Part shown: positions 55,423-64,000 of the stretch, piece after piece | Layout of the letters: each line of letters opens with the position of its first letter | Position numbering within the stretch: position 1 is the first letter of the stretch | Source: an uncultured Verrucomicrobiae bacterium | GTDB lineage: Bacteria; Verrucomicrobiota; Verrucomicrobiia; Limisphaerales; JAFGQR01 | Length of the DNA: 64,000 nucleotides | Assembly: GCA_963788655.1 (NCBI GenBank) | Contig: CAWBHS010000026.1 | Span: 1-64,000, forward strand | Direction of reading: 5' to 3' | Program-made: the position numbers and the translations under genes | The notes under the pieces: generated by a model | Database searches by the model: none | Told to the model about the DNA's origin: nothing | The model's input: only the letters and a program-made list of their open reading frames with translations

Positions 55423-56471
55423 GCGGAAATCGTTACCGCGGGAAGAGGGACAATCTGGCTTTTACTCAGGCGCTCATTGGCCTGGGCAATTTCATGGGTG
55501 ATGTTTTCGGTAAGTTTGTGTTGAATGCTTTCCATGGCCACCCGAATCGCATTGGTGATCGCCTTGGCGCGGGCGGAACCATGGGCTTTGATTACCGTGC
55601 CGTTTAATCCCAGCAATGGCGCACCGCCGTAAGCGTCGGGATCCATCCGGCGCTTGATGCTGCTGAATCCGCCACTGGCCAGGGCCGCCCCAACTTTGCG
55701 CAGCGGATTGCGGTTGAGTTCGCGTTTCAAAAGTCGTCCGACCGCCTTGCCCATGCTTTCGATGGTTTTGAGCACGATGTTGCCCGTGAAGCCATCGGCC
55801 ACCACCACTTCCACGCGGTCAGCAAAGAGGTCGTGGCCTTCCACATAGCCAATAAAATTCAAGTCAACCTGCTGGCACAGCCGGGCGGCTTCACGCGTCA
55901 AGTCGTTGCCCTTGGTGTCTTCCGTCCCGTTGCTCAGCACTCCCACCCGCGGGTGTTTGTGGTGCAGCAGTTCTCGGGAGTAAACACTGCCCATGATCGC
56001 AAATTGCAGTAAGTGGGCGGGCTTGCACTCGGGATTGGCCCCGGCGTCCACGAGCACAAACTCCCGACGATCCGCCGGGATCACGGTGGCGATGGCGGGG
56101 CGGTCCACCTGGTCCAATCGGCGCAACTTGAGGGTCGCGGCGGCCACCAGTCCTCCCGTGTTGCCGCGGGAAATGACGGCCTGGGCTTTGCCGTCCCGCA
56201 CCAATTCGATGGCCCGCACCATCGAGCAATCCTTCTTCTTGCGGACAGCATCCAGGGGTTTGTCCTCCATCGTCAGCACTTCACTGGCGTGAAGAATTCG
56301 CAGGCGGGAATCCTGGCAGCGATGACGGCCCAAAGCCGCTTCAATATTCCGCTCGTCGCCCACCAGGTAAAGCTCGGCAATATCCGGGTACGCGGCCAGA
56401 GCCAAACGGACGCCATCGATAACCACCCCGCAACCGAGGTCGCCCCCCATGACATCCACTGCAATTTGCAT
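55419..56471 (-). CDS. plsX: Phosphate acyltransferase
   Basis: IAVDVMGGD, GNTG, DAGAN, DGFTGN, GGAPLLG, KAHG. Confidence 0.97.
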   Translation of the reverse strand: MQIAVDVMGGDLGCGVVIDGVRLALAAYPDIAELYLVGDERNIEAALGRHRCQDSRLRILHASEVLTMEDKPLDAVRKKKDCSMVRAIELVRDGKAQAVISRGNTGGLVAAATLKLRRLDQVDRPAIATVIPADRREFVLVDAGANPECKPAHLLQFAIMGSVYSRELLHHKHPRVGVLSNGTEDTKGNDLTREAARLCQQVDLNFIGYVEGHDLFADRVEVVVADGFTGNIVLKTIESMGKAVGRLLKRELNRNPLRKVGAALASGGFSSIKRRMDPDAYGGAPLLGLNGTVIKAHGSARAKAITNAIRVAMESIQHKLTENITHEIAQANERLSKSQIVPLPAVTISA

Positions 56472-56525
56472 AGAACAATGAAAAAGCGCAGTTAAGCTCG
56501 ACAGCTTTACCGCGCTTGCAACGTT

Positions 56526-56714
56526 TTATGATCCCGCAGTGACCGTCAAAACCTGGCGCCCCTTGTAATAGCCGCAAGCCGGGCAAACCCGGTGCGGTAC
56601 GTACGGCGCCGCGCATTGCGGGCAGGTGCTGAGTTGCGGCAGCTTCAGCGTACTGTTGTAGGCTCGCCGCATTCGCTGGCGACTTTTCGACGGTTTTCTC
56701 TTCGGTACACCCAT
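56526..56714 (-). CDS. rpmF: 50S ribosomal protein L32
   Basis: MGVPKRKPSKSR...CPQC...HRVCPACGYY. Confidence 0.97.
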   Translation of the reverse strand: MGVPKRKPSKSRQRMRRAYNSTLKLPQLSTCPQCAAPYVPHRVCPACGYYKGRQVLTVTAGS

Positions 56715-56721
56715 AATTCAA

Positions 56722-57202
56722 TCACAGTTTCAATTTGTCCAACGGCTCCCAAACGGCGGAAGCCGCCTCCGTTTCCCAGTCGTTGGAAGACTCTTCCCGA
56801 TGCACATCGGCCAAGCCATTGCACTGGGGACTACACAACGGATGTTGCGGAAACGCGAGGAAAATATCGTCACGGATGTAAGGCGTCAAGTCCACGCAAT
56901 CGTTAATAATCGCGGCTTTTTCCTCGCCCTCCAGCTCCAAGAGGCAATTCCAATGATCTTCCTTGATCTCCTGGACAAAGGGTTTGAGACAGCGAACACA
57001 CTCGCAATCCAGACACCTGCCGCAGGTGGCCGCGCACCAAAATCCCGTTTTCCGTCTTCTCCGCCTGCAGATCGTATTGCAGCGGTTGCTGGATATGAAT
57101 CATTTCGTCGCGCGTGTCCCAATCCATTTCCGCGCACGACAGTTCTCCTTGCAGGCGTACGTCGTTGGTGGCGACCTGCTGAATATTGACGAGCAATGGC
57201 AT
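56722..57202 (-). CDS. yceD: YceD/DUF177 family protein; frameshifted
   Basis: VDLTPYIRDDIFLAFPQHPLCSPQCNGL...WEPLDKL; lies directly upstream of rpmF. Confidence 0.85.
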
Positions 57203-57217
57203 AACAGTGTTTAGCGT

Positions 57218-57724
57218 TCAAGTTTTCGAACCTTCGGGAAACAACACCGAGGCGAATTGACGCTGCAACGCACTGACCACGTGGGCCGGCACAAAGGGCG
57301 AGACATCGCCGCCCAGCCGCGCAATTTCTTTGACGATGCGCGAACTGAGAAAGGTGTATTCGTCTTTGGGCATCATGAACACCGTCTCAATCCGCTCGTT
57401 CAACTTACGGTTCAACAAGGCCAACTGAAATTCAAATTCAAAATCAGACACCGCCCGCAAGCCCCGCATCACCGCCTGCCCCCCACGATTTTCGACATAA
57501 TTGATCAGCAGGCCGTCAAAATCCTCGGCGGAAACCGTCTGATAGCGGCGAATGGAGGTTTTAACCAGTTGCAGTCGTTCCATTTGGGAAAACAGCGGGC
57601 CTTTTTCCTCACTCCGGGCCACCGCGACGATGACCCGATCAAATATCTTGGCTGCGCGCCGGACCAGATCCAAATGCCCATTGGTAATTGGATCAAACGT
57701 GCCCGGATAAATGACGATGCGCAT
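57218..57724 (-). CDS. coaD: Pantetheine-phosphate adenylyltransferase
   Basis: YPGTFDPITNGHLD, RGLRAVSDFEFE, LSSRIVKE. Confidence 0.97.
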   Translation of the reverse strand: MRIVIYPGTFDPITNGHLDLVRRAAKIFDRVIVAVARSEEKGPLFSQMERLQLVKTSIRRYQTVSAEDFDGLLINYVENRGGQAVMRGLRAVSDFEFEFQLALLNRKLNERIETVFMMPKDEYTFLSSRIVKEIARLGGDVSPFVPAHVVSALQRQFASVLFPEGSKT

Positions 57725-57827
57725 AAGGAGGTGAAGCTTAGACAACTCCGCCACCAATTCCCACTGAAAATTTCAAAATCAATGGTTGCGCACTCCGGCG
57801 GATTTGCGTTAGCAATACCCGCATTCG

Positions 57828-59054
57828 ATGAGCACCCTGCGCTCAGTCCTGTTGATCAGCGTTGCCCTGGGCAGCGCCGCCTCATCTTTGGCGCAGATTG
57901 ATCCTGCCCATCGCGAGCTGATTCAATTGGGTTACAATCAACCGATTACCGGGAAAGGCCCTTTGGCGGCGTACGCCTTCTATTACCTCAACAAACCCTT
58001 CACCAATCGTTACACCAATCTGACGCTCCGTTTGGCAATTGCCCCCGTGTACGTCGATTCGGAATTGGGCATCAGCCGGGCGCTCGGCCCGCACACCGAC
58101 TTGGGCCTCGGATTGGCAGGCGGGGGCTTTGCCGATGGCTACAGCGAGGTCTATCGCGGCACATACTATCAGAACCAGTCTTTCGATGGGCACGGCGGTG
58201 AAGTGGGATTAAGCATCTATCACCTGTTTAATCCCCGTGACGTCATCCCCCTTTACGCCGTGTTACGTGGAGCCGTCCACGGAACGGTTTTTGACAAAGA
58301 CAATCGCACCGCCCCTGACTTCGTCCTGCCGGAAAATCAATTCATGTTCCGGGTGCGCTCCGGATTGCGCTGGGGCGGCGTGGAACCAGTGATCATGCCG
58401 GAACTCGCGATGGAATTGTCGGGATGGTACGAAGGCAGTTTCCGAATGGCGCCGGGGCGCTACGGCTTTAATGGCGACCGGGAGTTGATTCCGGCAGCGC
58501 ACAAGCTCTGGGGACGCGCACTCCTGGCATACACCCTGCCCAAACTGGAGCACAGTTTCCGTGTGTCACTTACCGGCGGGGGCAGTTTGAACGCCGATCG
58601 TTACAGTGCTTACCGGCTGGGGGGCAACCTGCCGCTGTACTCGGAATTCCCCTTGTCATTGCCCGGGTATTACTTTCAAGAGTTGAGTGCCGAATCGTTC
58701 GTGCTGCTGGGCGCCAGCTATGACATTCCCTTGGATCATCAGCATCACTGGAAATTGGGCGTGCTAGGCACCGCCGCCTATGTTAATTTTTTGGATGAGT
58801 TGGAACAGCCCCGTCACTGGAACAAAGGGGCTGGGGCCTCTCTTAGCTACCGTTCTCCCAGTGATTCCTGGCTGGTTGCCATCGCCTACGGCTACGGCTT
58901 CGACGCAATTCGTGACGATCACCACGGTGCCCATAGCATTACTTTTCTGGTTCAATTTGATTTGGGAAGAACCCTCCGACGAATATACAATCCCAACGTC
59001 AACTTGAACCGCTCCGGTGGCCTGCAATCAATCATGCGCAACATATTTCGCTAG
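57828..59054 (+). CDS. Secreted, probably outer-membrane beta-barrel hypothetical protein
   Basis: Signal peptide; aromatic- and glycine-rich alternating strands. Confidence 0.65.
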   Translation: MSTLRSVLLISVALGSAASSLAQIDPAHRELIQLGYNQPITGKGPLAAYAFYYLNKPFTNRYTNLTLRLAIAPVYVDSELGISRALGPHTDLGLGLAGGGFADGYSEVYRGTYYQNQSFDGHGGEVGLSIYHLFNPRDVIPLYAVLRGAVHGTVFDKDNRTAPDFVLPENQFMFRVRSGLRWGGVEPVIMPELAMELSGWYEGSFRMAPGRYGFNGDRELIPAAHKLWGRALLAYTLPKLEHSFRVSLTGGGSLNADRYSAYRLGGNLPLYSEFPLSLPGYYFQELSAESFVLLGASYDIPLDHQHHWKLGVLGTAAYVNFLDELEQPRHWNKGAGASLSYRSPSDSWLVAIAYGYGFDAIRDDHHGAHSITFLVQFDLGRTLRRIYNPNVNLNRSGGLQSIMRNIFR

Positions 59055-59075
59055 GGGTCAGACCCGAATGGTTTA

Positions 59076-61637
59076 TTATTGTGCGATGGTATGTTCTGAC
59101 CCCGTTTCAAACTGGTCTTGGGTTTTGTTGTAATGCAGTTTCGTTAGGCTCAGGCTGGAGGCGGCTTCGTCCAGCAGGGCGGCAATGGATTGCTGCATGA
59201 GCAATTGTTCGTGCTCCAATATCCAGTTGGCCAGCGGCAACGTTAGCAGCAACATCCAGATCCAGGGTTGGATGGAAGCCAGCAGGCTGATAACCAGCAG
59301 TTCGGTGCCCAGCAACATCCAAAACAGAATCTTGGCAGACAATGACCAATGAGTCTCCAACCGACACCGCAAATTGATCCGTCCGCGGTCGAGCTGTTCG
59401 GTAACGGTTGTTAAACGAAGACGGCTCCAGCGCGGCCCAAAGATTTCCAAATCGTGGTCCGCCCAACCCGTATCGGTTTTGGTTTGCCACTGTTCTTGAT
59501 CCAGTTTGGCGACCACCACGTTCAGAAAGGTGTACCGATCCACATTCCCTTTTGACCAGTAATACAAATGCTCAAGTTGATCGCGTTTCCAGGGACTGGT
59601 CAAAGAGCCGAGACGCTTGTCCGACGGATGATGAATCGAGCGGAGGCGCAACCGTTGGCGGTAACGCGCCAGCCCGCGCTCCAGGGGTTGGAGAAAGTAT
59701 AACAACGCGATCAGGGGCCGCGACCAAAAGCGGCTTTGCTTGCGGGGCAACTCCGCTTGGGCCGCGGCAACGGCGCAGACCGTCAAGGACAAGATGAGGC
59801 TGGTGATCGCCAAGGGCCACAACGGAGGAAACGCCGCCGCCAAAACCATTAAGGGCAACGTGATCAAGGCGTGGTATTCCAGAGAAGTACCCAGCATCAC
59901 CGCATAAGCGGGGCGGGACGCGTAGAGCTTTTGGAAAAAGCCGCTGCCGAAGATGCCGTGGTAAATGATCGAAGGTTCCACCACGACGCCGAATTTGGAC
60001 GGCGCGTAAATCCGGCCCCGCCAAATACTGCGACCCACCGAGTTGAAATATTCCGGGTGCTTGCGGGAAAGCAGCGCCTCGGCTTCGCCATAGCCGCTTT
60101 GTTGCTGCAGATAGGCGCGCACGGTGGACCGCCGGTAGTGCCACACAAACCCAGTCGGGCTAAAGCCGATCCGGTGACCGCGTTGTTGCAGGCGCCAACA
60201 GACATCAACGTCATCACCGGCTTTACGGAACGTGGGGTCGAAGCCGCCGATCTCCGCGAGCGCCCATTTATAGAAAGCCATGTTGCAGCCGGGAATGTGT
60301 TCAGCCTCGCGGTCAGAGAGCATCACGTGCGCGGGCCCGCCGGGTGATACCATGACCGCGGAAGCAACCAACGAATCGTCTGGCGGTAAGAAATTGTGGC
60401 CCCCCATGCCCACGTAATCATCTTGTTGCCAATCAGCGACCAGGTAGTACAACCAGTCTTCATCCGCCCGGCAGTCCGAATCGGTAAACGCCACAATTTC
60501 GCCTGAGGCCGCCGCAATGCCGGCGTTCCGGGCGGCCGACAATCCGAGATTGGCCTGATGGATACACCGTAACGCCGGAAATCGTTTCGCAATCTGCGCC
60601 GTATCATCAGTCGAGCCGTCGTCCACCAGGATGACTTCGTAATCCGGATAATTCAGGCGGAACAGCGACTCCAGGCAGGCCAGCAACGTGCGCCCGCCGT
60701 TGTAACTGGCCACCACCACGGAAACCTTGGGTTGCCGGCGTACCGGGAAGTACGGGGCCTGCCGGTAAACTTTTTGAACGGCGCCGAACGCTGGTTTGGG
60801 TTGCCGGTCGCGCTTGGTCAAGCCAAACGCCCAGTCGTCGATCGGCACGCCTCCGCGCCACCAGTCATCCGTGAAACTGAATACAACGGCACCGGCGACT
60901 CCGTTGCAAAAAGCGGATTCAATTTGCCACGAAAGGAAGTCGGCTTGCTGTTCTTCCCCTTGCCGCAGCGAGTCCATACCGAATTCAGCCAGTACCAGAG
61001 GTTTGGTGTCGGCGATCATCTGCAGCCGCGCCAGGTAACTCTCGAAGGCCGGGCGCTCGTGCAGATAGACGTTCATGCTGATGAAATCCACGGTTTGCGG
61101 ACGCAGAAACTCCGTGGGCGGAAAACTGGTGTAGGTACAAAGCACGTCGGGATCGATGGCTTTGGCTTCATCGACCAGTTCATCGATGAAGGCCTCCACC
61201 CGGCGCACCCCGCTCCAGCGCACGATCTCGGCCGGGATTTCGTTGGCGAGGCTGAAAGCCAGGATTGCCGGGTGTCGCGCGCAAGTGCTTGCTGCCTGTC
61301 GTACCGCCGCGCGGGTTTCACGCTGCAACTTCGGCGAATCTAAAAAGCACAGGTGCTTGGGCCAGGGAACGTCAACGAGTACCTTGAGGTCAAACTCGTG
61401 CGCCAAATCCAGAAACCATTGGGGAGGGACGTAATACACGCGAACCGTGTTGGCCCCCAGCGTGCGAAGCTGCGCAAAATCCTGCCGCACCGGTTCCGTC
61501 CCAAGGAACGTCTCGTTGCGCTCATTCGGCGCAAACGGACCGTAGGTCACTCCTTTGATGTAGAACTTGCGCTGCCCGAGCCGCAAAAACTTCCCGCCCA
61601 CAGTGACGCGAATCGACGATGGGGCGGTGGCGGCCAT
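59076..61637 (-). CDS. Glycoside-hydrolase-like TIM barrel fused to a GT2 glycosyltransferase with TM helices
   Basis: GANTVRVY, LANE, VLAEFG, FTDDW; then VSVVVASYN, VDDGSTD, FTDSD, GCNM, GDDVD. Confidence 0.88.
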   Translation of the reverse strand: MAATAPSSIRVTVGGKFLRLGQRKFYIKGVTYGPFAPNERNETFLGTEPVRQDFAQLRTLGANTVRVYYVPPQWFLDLAHEFDLKVLVDVPWPKHLCFLDSPKLQRETRAAVRQAASTCARHPAILAFSLANEIPAEIVRWSGVRRVEAFIDELVDEAKAIDPDVLCTYTSFPPTEFLRPQTVDFISMNVYLHERPAFESYLARLQMIADTKPLVLAEFGMDSLRQGEEQQADFLSWQIESAFCNGVAGAVVFSFTDDWWRGGVPIDDWAFGLTKRDRQPKPAFGAVQKVYRQAPYFPVRRQPKVSVVVASYNGGRTLLACLESLFRLNYPDYEVILVDDGSTDDTAQIAKRFPALRCIHQANLGLSAARNAGIAAASGEIVAFTDSDCRADEDWLYYLVADWQQDDYVGMGGHNFLPPDDSLVASAVMVSPGGPAHVMLSDREAEHIPGCNMAFYKWALAEIGGFDPTFRKAGDDVDVCWRLQQRGHRIGFSPTGFVWHYRRSTVRAYLQQQSGYGEAEALLSRKHPEYFNSVGRSIWRGRIYAPSKFGVVVEPSIIYHGIFGSGFFQKLYASRPAYAVMLGTSLEYHALITLPLMVLAAAFPPLWPLAITSLILSLTVCAVAAAQAELPRKQSRFWSRPLIALLYFLQPLERGLARYRQRLRLRSIHHPSDKRLGSLTSPWKRDQLEHLYYWSKGNVDRYTFLNVVVAKLDQEQWQTKTDTGWADHDLEIFGPRWSRLRLTTVTEQLDRGRINLRCRLETHWSLSAKILFWMLLGTELLVISLLASIQPWIWMLLLTLPLANWILEHEQLLMQQSIAALLDEAASSLSLTKLHYNKTQDQFETGSEHTIAQ

Positions 61638-61638
61638 G

Positions 61639-62013
61639 TCATTCTTGTTCGGCCAGCTTGAGTGCCCTTTCGAGCGTGGTCCAGGATCGTCGTTCGAGCT
61701 CGTTACTGACGGTCCAGTGGTACTTCCAAATCAGATTGTCAGTGTCAGGTTTTTGTGGATTGACCAGCGTCAGCGTCCGTTGGAAGTCGTCGATCACTTG
61801 TTTGTTTGAAATGTTTTCCAGATCGACGATGAGCCGGTTGTATAAATGTTCGGCCTGCTTTTGATACCCTTTGGTGTACAGCAGGATAAACGCCTCCCGT
61901 AGCTCCACGTGCTTGGACTGATTGGCGTTGATTTGGTGAATCACCATCACGCTGCAAACCACGAGGAACACCGCAAACACCAGCATTGATCGATAACGAC
62001 GAACAAATCGCAT
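61639..62013 (-). CDS. Membrane-anchored hypothetical protein
   Basis: N-terminal TM; ends 1 nt before the GT gene start. Confidence 0.7.
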   Translation of the reverse strand: MRFVRRYRSMLVFAVFLVVCSVMVIHQINANQSKHVELREAFILLYTKGYQKQAEHLYNRLIVDLENISNKQVIDDFQRTLTLVNPQKPDTDNLIWKYHWTVSNELERRSWTTLERALKLAEQE

Positions 62014-62464
62014 GACATCATTGGACTGTGGCCCGCCACAACGAATTCAGAGGCCCGTTCACTCCACTCGAAGAACGAACGCCACGGTGTTGTTGCGCCA
62101 GTGCCAGCAAGGCCCGTTGGACGAAGTCCCATGAAATAACATTTTGAAGCCGAGAATTCAACTGCTCGGTGATTCTGCAAAGATGCTCAACCTCTAAAAA
62201 GTGTGTGCCGACAGCATGCCTTTGTTTTAACGGAACCAGAGGGAACTGAATTTGGTTATGCCGCTGATTGCTCACCGGAACCAAGCAACGGAACTGGTGT
62301 TGACGGCTGTCTTTTGTCGGGAACGAATCACCGATTGGCGCAGACGCGTCGGAATTCGTGGCTGGGTTTCGTTACCACGCGGCTCCCAAAATCCGGTCGG
62401 TGCAGCAACGCCGCCCTGCCCTGTTCTTGTCAAACCCGACTTCGTCGTCCCAAGTTTTCACGCT

Positions 62465-64000
62465 CTACTGCGTCCACTCGAACACCAGCAATGACACGGC
62501 TTGTCGCGGAAGGCTGAAATGCAGCGATTGTCCTGCCGATTTTCCGCGCGCACAGTTTCCGGTGCGTCCAACGTTGCGAGTTGGCCGGCTTGTTCGAGAC
62601 GCTCGTATTGTTCGGGGGTGGGCGCTTGGGGCGAACCCATCTTTTGCCAAAGAGCAAAGGCGTTACTGTGTTCGCCATCGATCCGAAAATGCCGGAGGCG
62701 TAGCGCGTCGGCCGGGTGAGGCAGGCCAGCGACGACCAGTTCAACCTCCGCATCCGGGCCGGGCACATCGTCATCATGATAGTGCCAGGTCATCACGCAT
62801 AGGCGGTTTCTCTCGCGGGAGGCCAATGCCGAAACATCGGGCCGGTTGCGCACCCCTGATTTCAGGATGGTGGCAAGTGGCACCGCGCCGTCGCTGTCGG
62901 CGGCCACTCGTTCGCCGCTCATTTGACTGAACATGCGAAAGACGTTGAGCACGGGTTTGTCAACGCCATGGGTGGCGAGTGCGCGAAAGCCGGCAAAGAA
63001 CGGTTGGTTCTCGAACTCGAACGCCCAGGTCAGCGCGCCGGCGAAGTTGACGCCGTGCCGGTCGGCCAGGTCCTGCTTGCGCGCAAAACTCGCCGCAGTG
63101 TAGCTCGAATACATGGTGCCGTTGCGATAGGCGAGTTGCGGTCCCTGACAGGCAGCGCAACCTTCGGGATCGGATTCGCCAATGACAATGGGCGTATTCC
63201 TCAGTTCCGGATACGACGCAATCATGCCAAAGCCCTCATCGATGGTGCGCAATTGATTGGCAATGCCCATGCGCACGTGGCCGGCAAGGAAGCGCGGGGA
63301 ACCTTTGGCGTGGAAGGATACAAAGTCCAGGGGCGTGCCCCGGTGGCCCGTGGCGTAGTTGGTGCCGCGCAGGCAGTGCTCAAGGAAATCCCGCATGAAC
63401 TGTCCGCCGCTACCCGCCGTGTCGGGACCGCCCACGCGGGCGTTCGGTAGCGCGCGGCGCACGGCGGCTACGGCGTAGTCGTGCAGCCTGCGAAATTCCG
63501 CCGGCGTGCCGCGCCAATAACCGATGTTCGCTTCATTCCAGGTTTCCCAATACCACGAGGCCACTTCGGCGGCACCGTAACGATCGACGCAATGCTTGGC
63601 CCACTGGTAAACCAATTCGGACCAGCGCTGGTAGTCCTTCGGCGGATAAGCCCAACCGGTATAGATCTCGTCGTATTTGGCGCCGGGCCGCCAGTGATGT
63701 TGATACGGCTCCGGCTTGATCGAGAGATCCTTGGGCATAAAACCAATCTCGACGTACGGCCGCACACCCCGTTCCAGGTAGGTGTCGAAAATGCCATCCA
63801 TCAGGACCCAGTTGTAAATCGGTTGCCCGGCTTCGTTTTCGTGGTAAACGCCGGTCGAGCCCCATTTCAGCGCGGGCGTGCCGTCGCCGGAACACAGGAG
63901 GCTATGCGCGCGAAAATAGACTTGCTGCAGCGCCAACTCGCCCAGTTCGGCGATCAGTTTGCGACCGTAAGGCATGGTGGCGTAGTTGGGTTCGTCCGCT
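62465..64000 (-). CDS. GH39 beta-xylosidase (5' partial; frameshift near the C-terminus)
   Basis: PYVEIGFMP, WETWNEAN, VGGP, DFVSFHAKG, IGESDPE; the C-terminus SLPRQAVSLLVFEW is in another frame. Confidence 0.9.

Overview
A GC-rich bacterial chromosome segment, probably from Verrucomicrobiota (inferred from protein types and intergenic repeat families; the LPS gene waaA shows the organism is diderm). Many genes, including mfd, waaA and pilT, are split by single-base indels, which looks like read or assembly error rather than real pseudogenisation. Contents from left to right: (1) an IS4/IS50-like element end inserted into a TIR gene, an OLD-like ATPase-TOPRIM gene and a second TIR stub; (2) a glycan-degradation region; (3) a diversity-generating retroelement (DGR) at about 23.2-27.8 kb, made of a secreted target with a C-terminal FGE-sulfatase/CLec domain and variable repeat, an HRDC accessory gene in place of avd, and a DGR-type reverse transcriptase whose 3' coding region contains the template repeat, bracketed by two toxin-antitoxin pairs; (4) mfd, a Wzc/Wza/beta-barrel exopolysaccharide export trio and tRNA-Asp; (5) a compact WXG100-like + FtsK/SpoIIIE (type VII secretion-like) operon facing a Ser/Thr kinase; (6) a candidate attenuator leader; (7) housekeeping genes (waaA, pilT, fabH, plsX, rpmF, yceD, coaD), a GH-GT2 fusion and a partial GH39 gene. 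All alignments and counts were done by eye, and no database searches were run.
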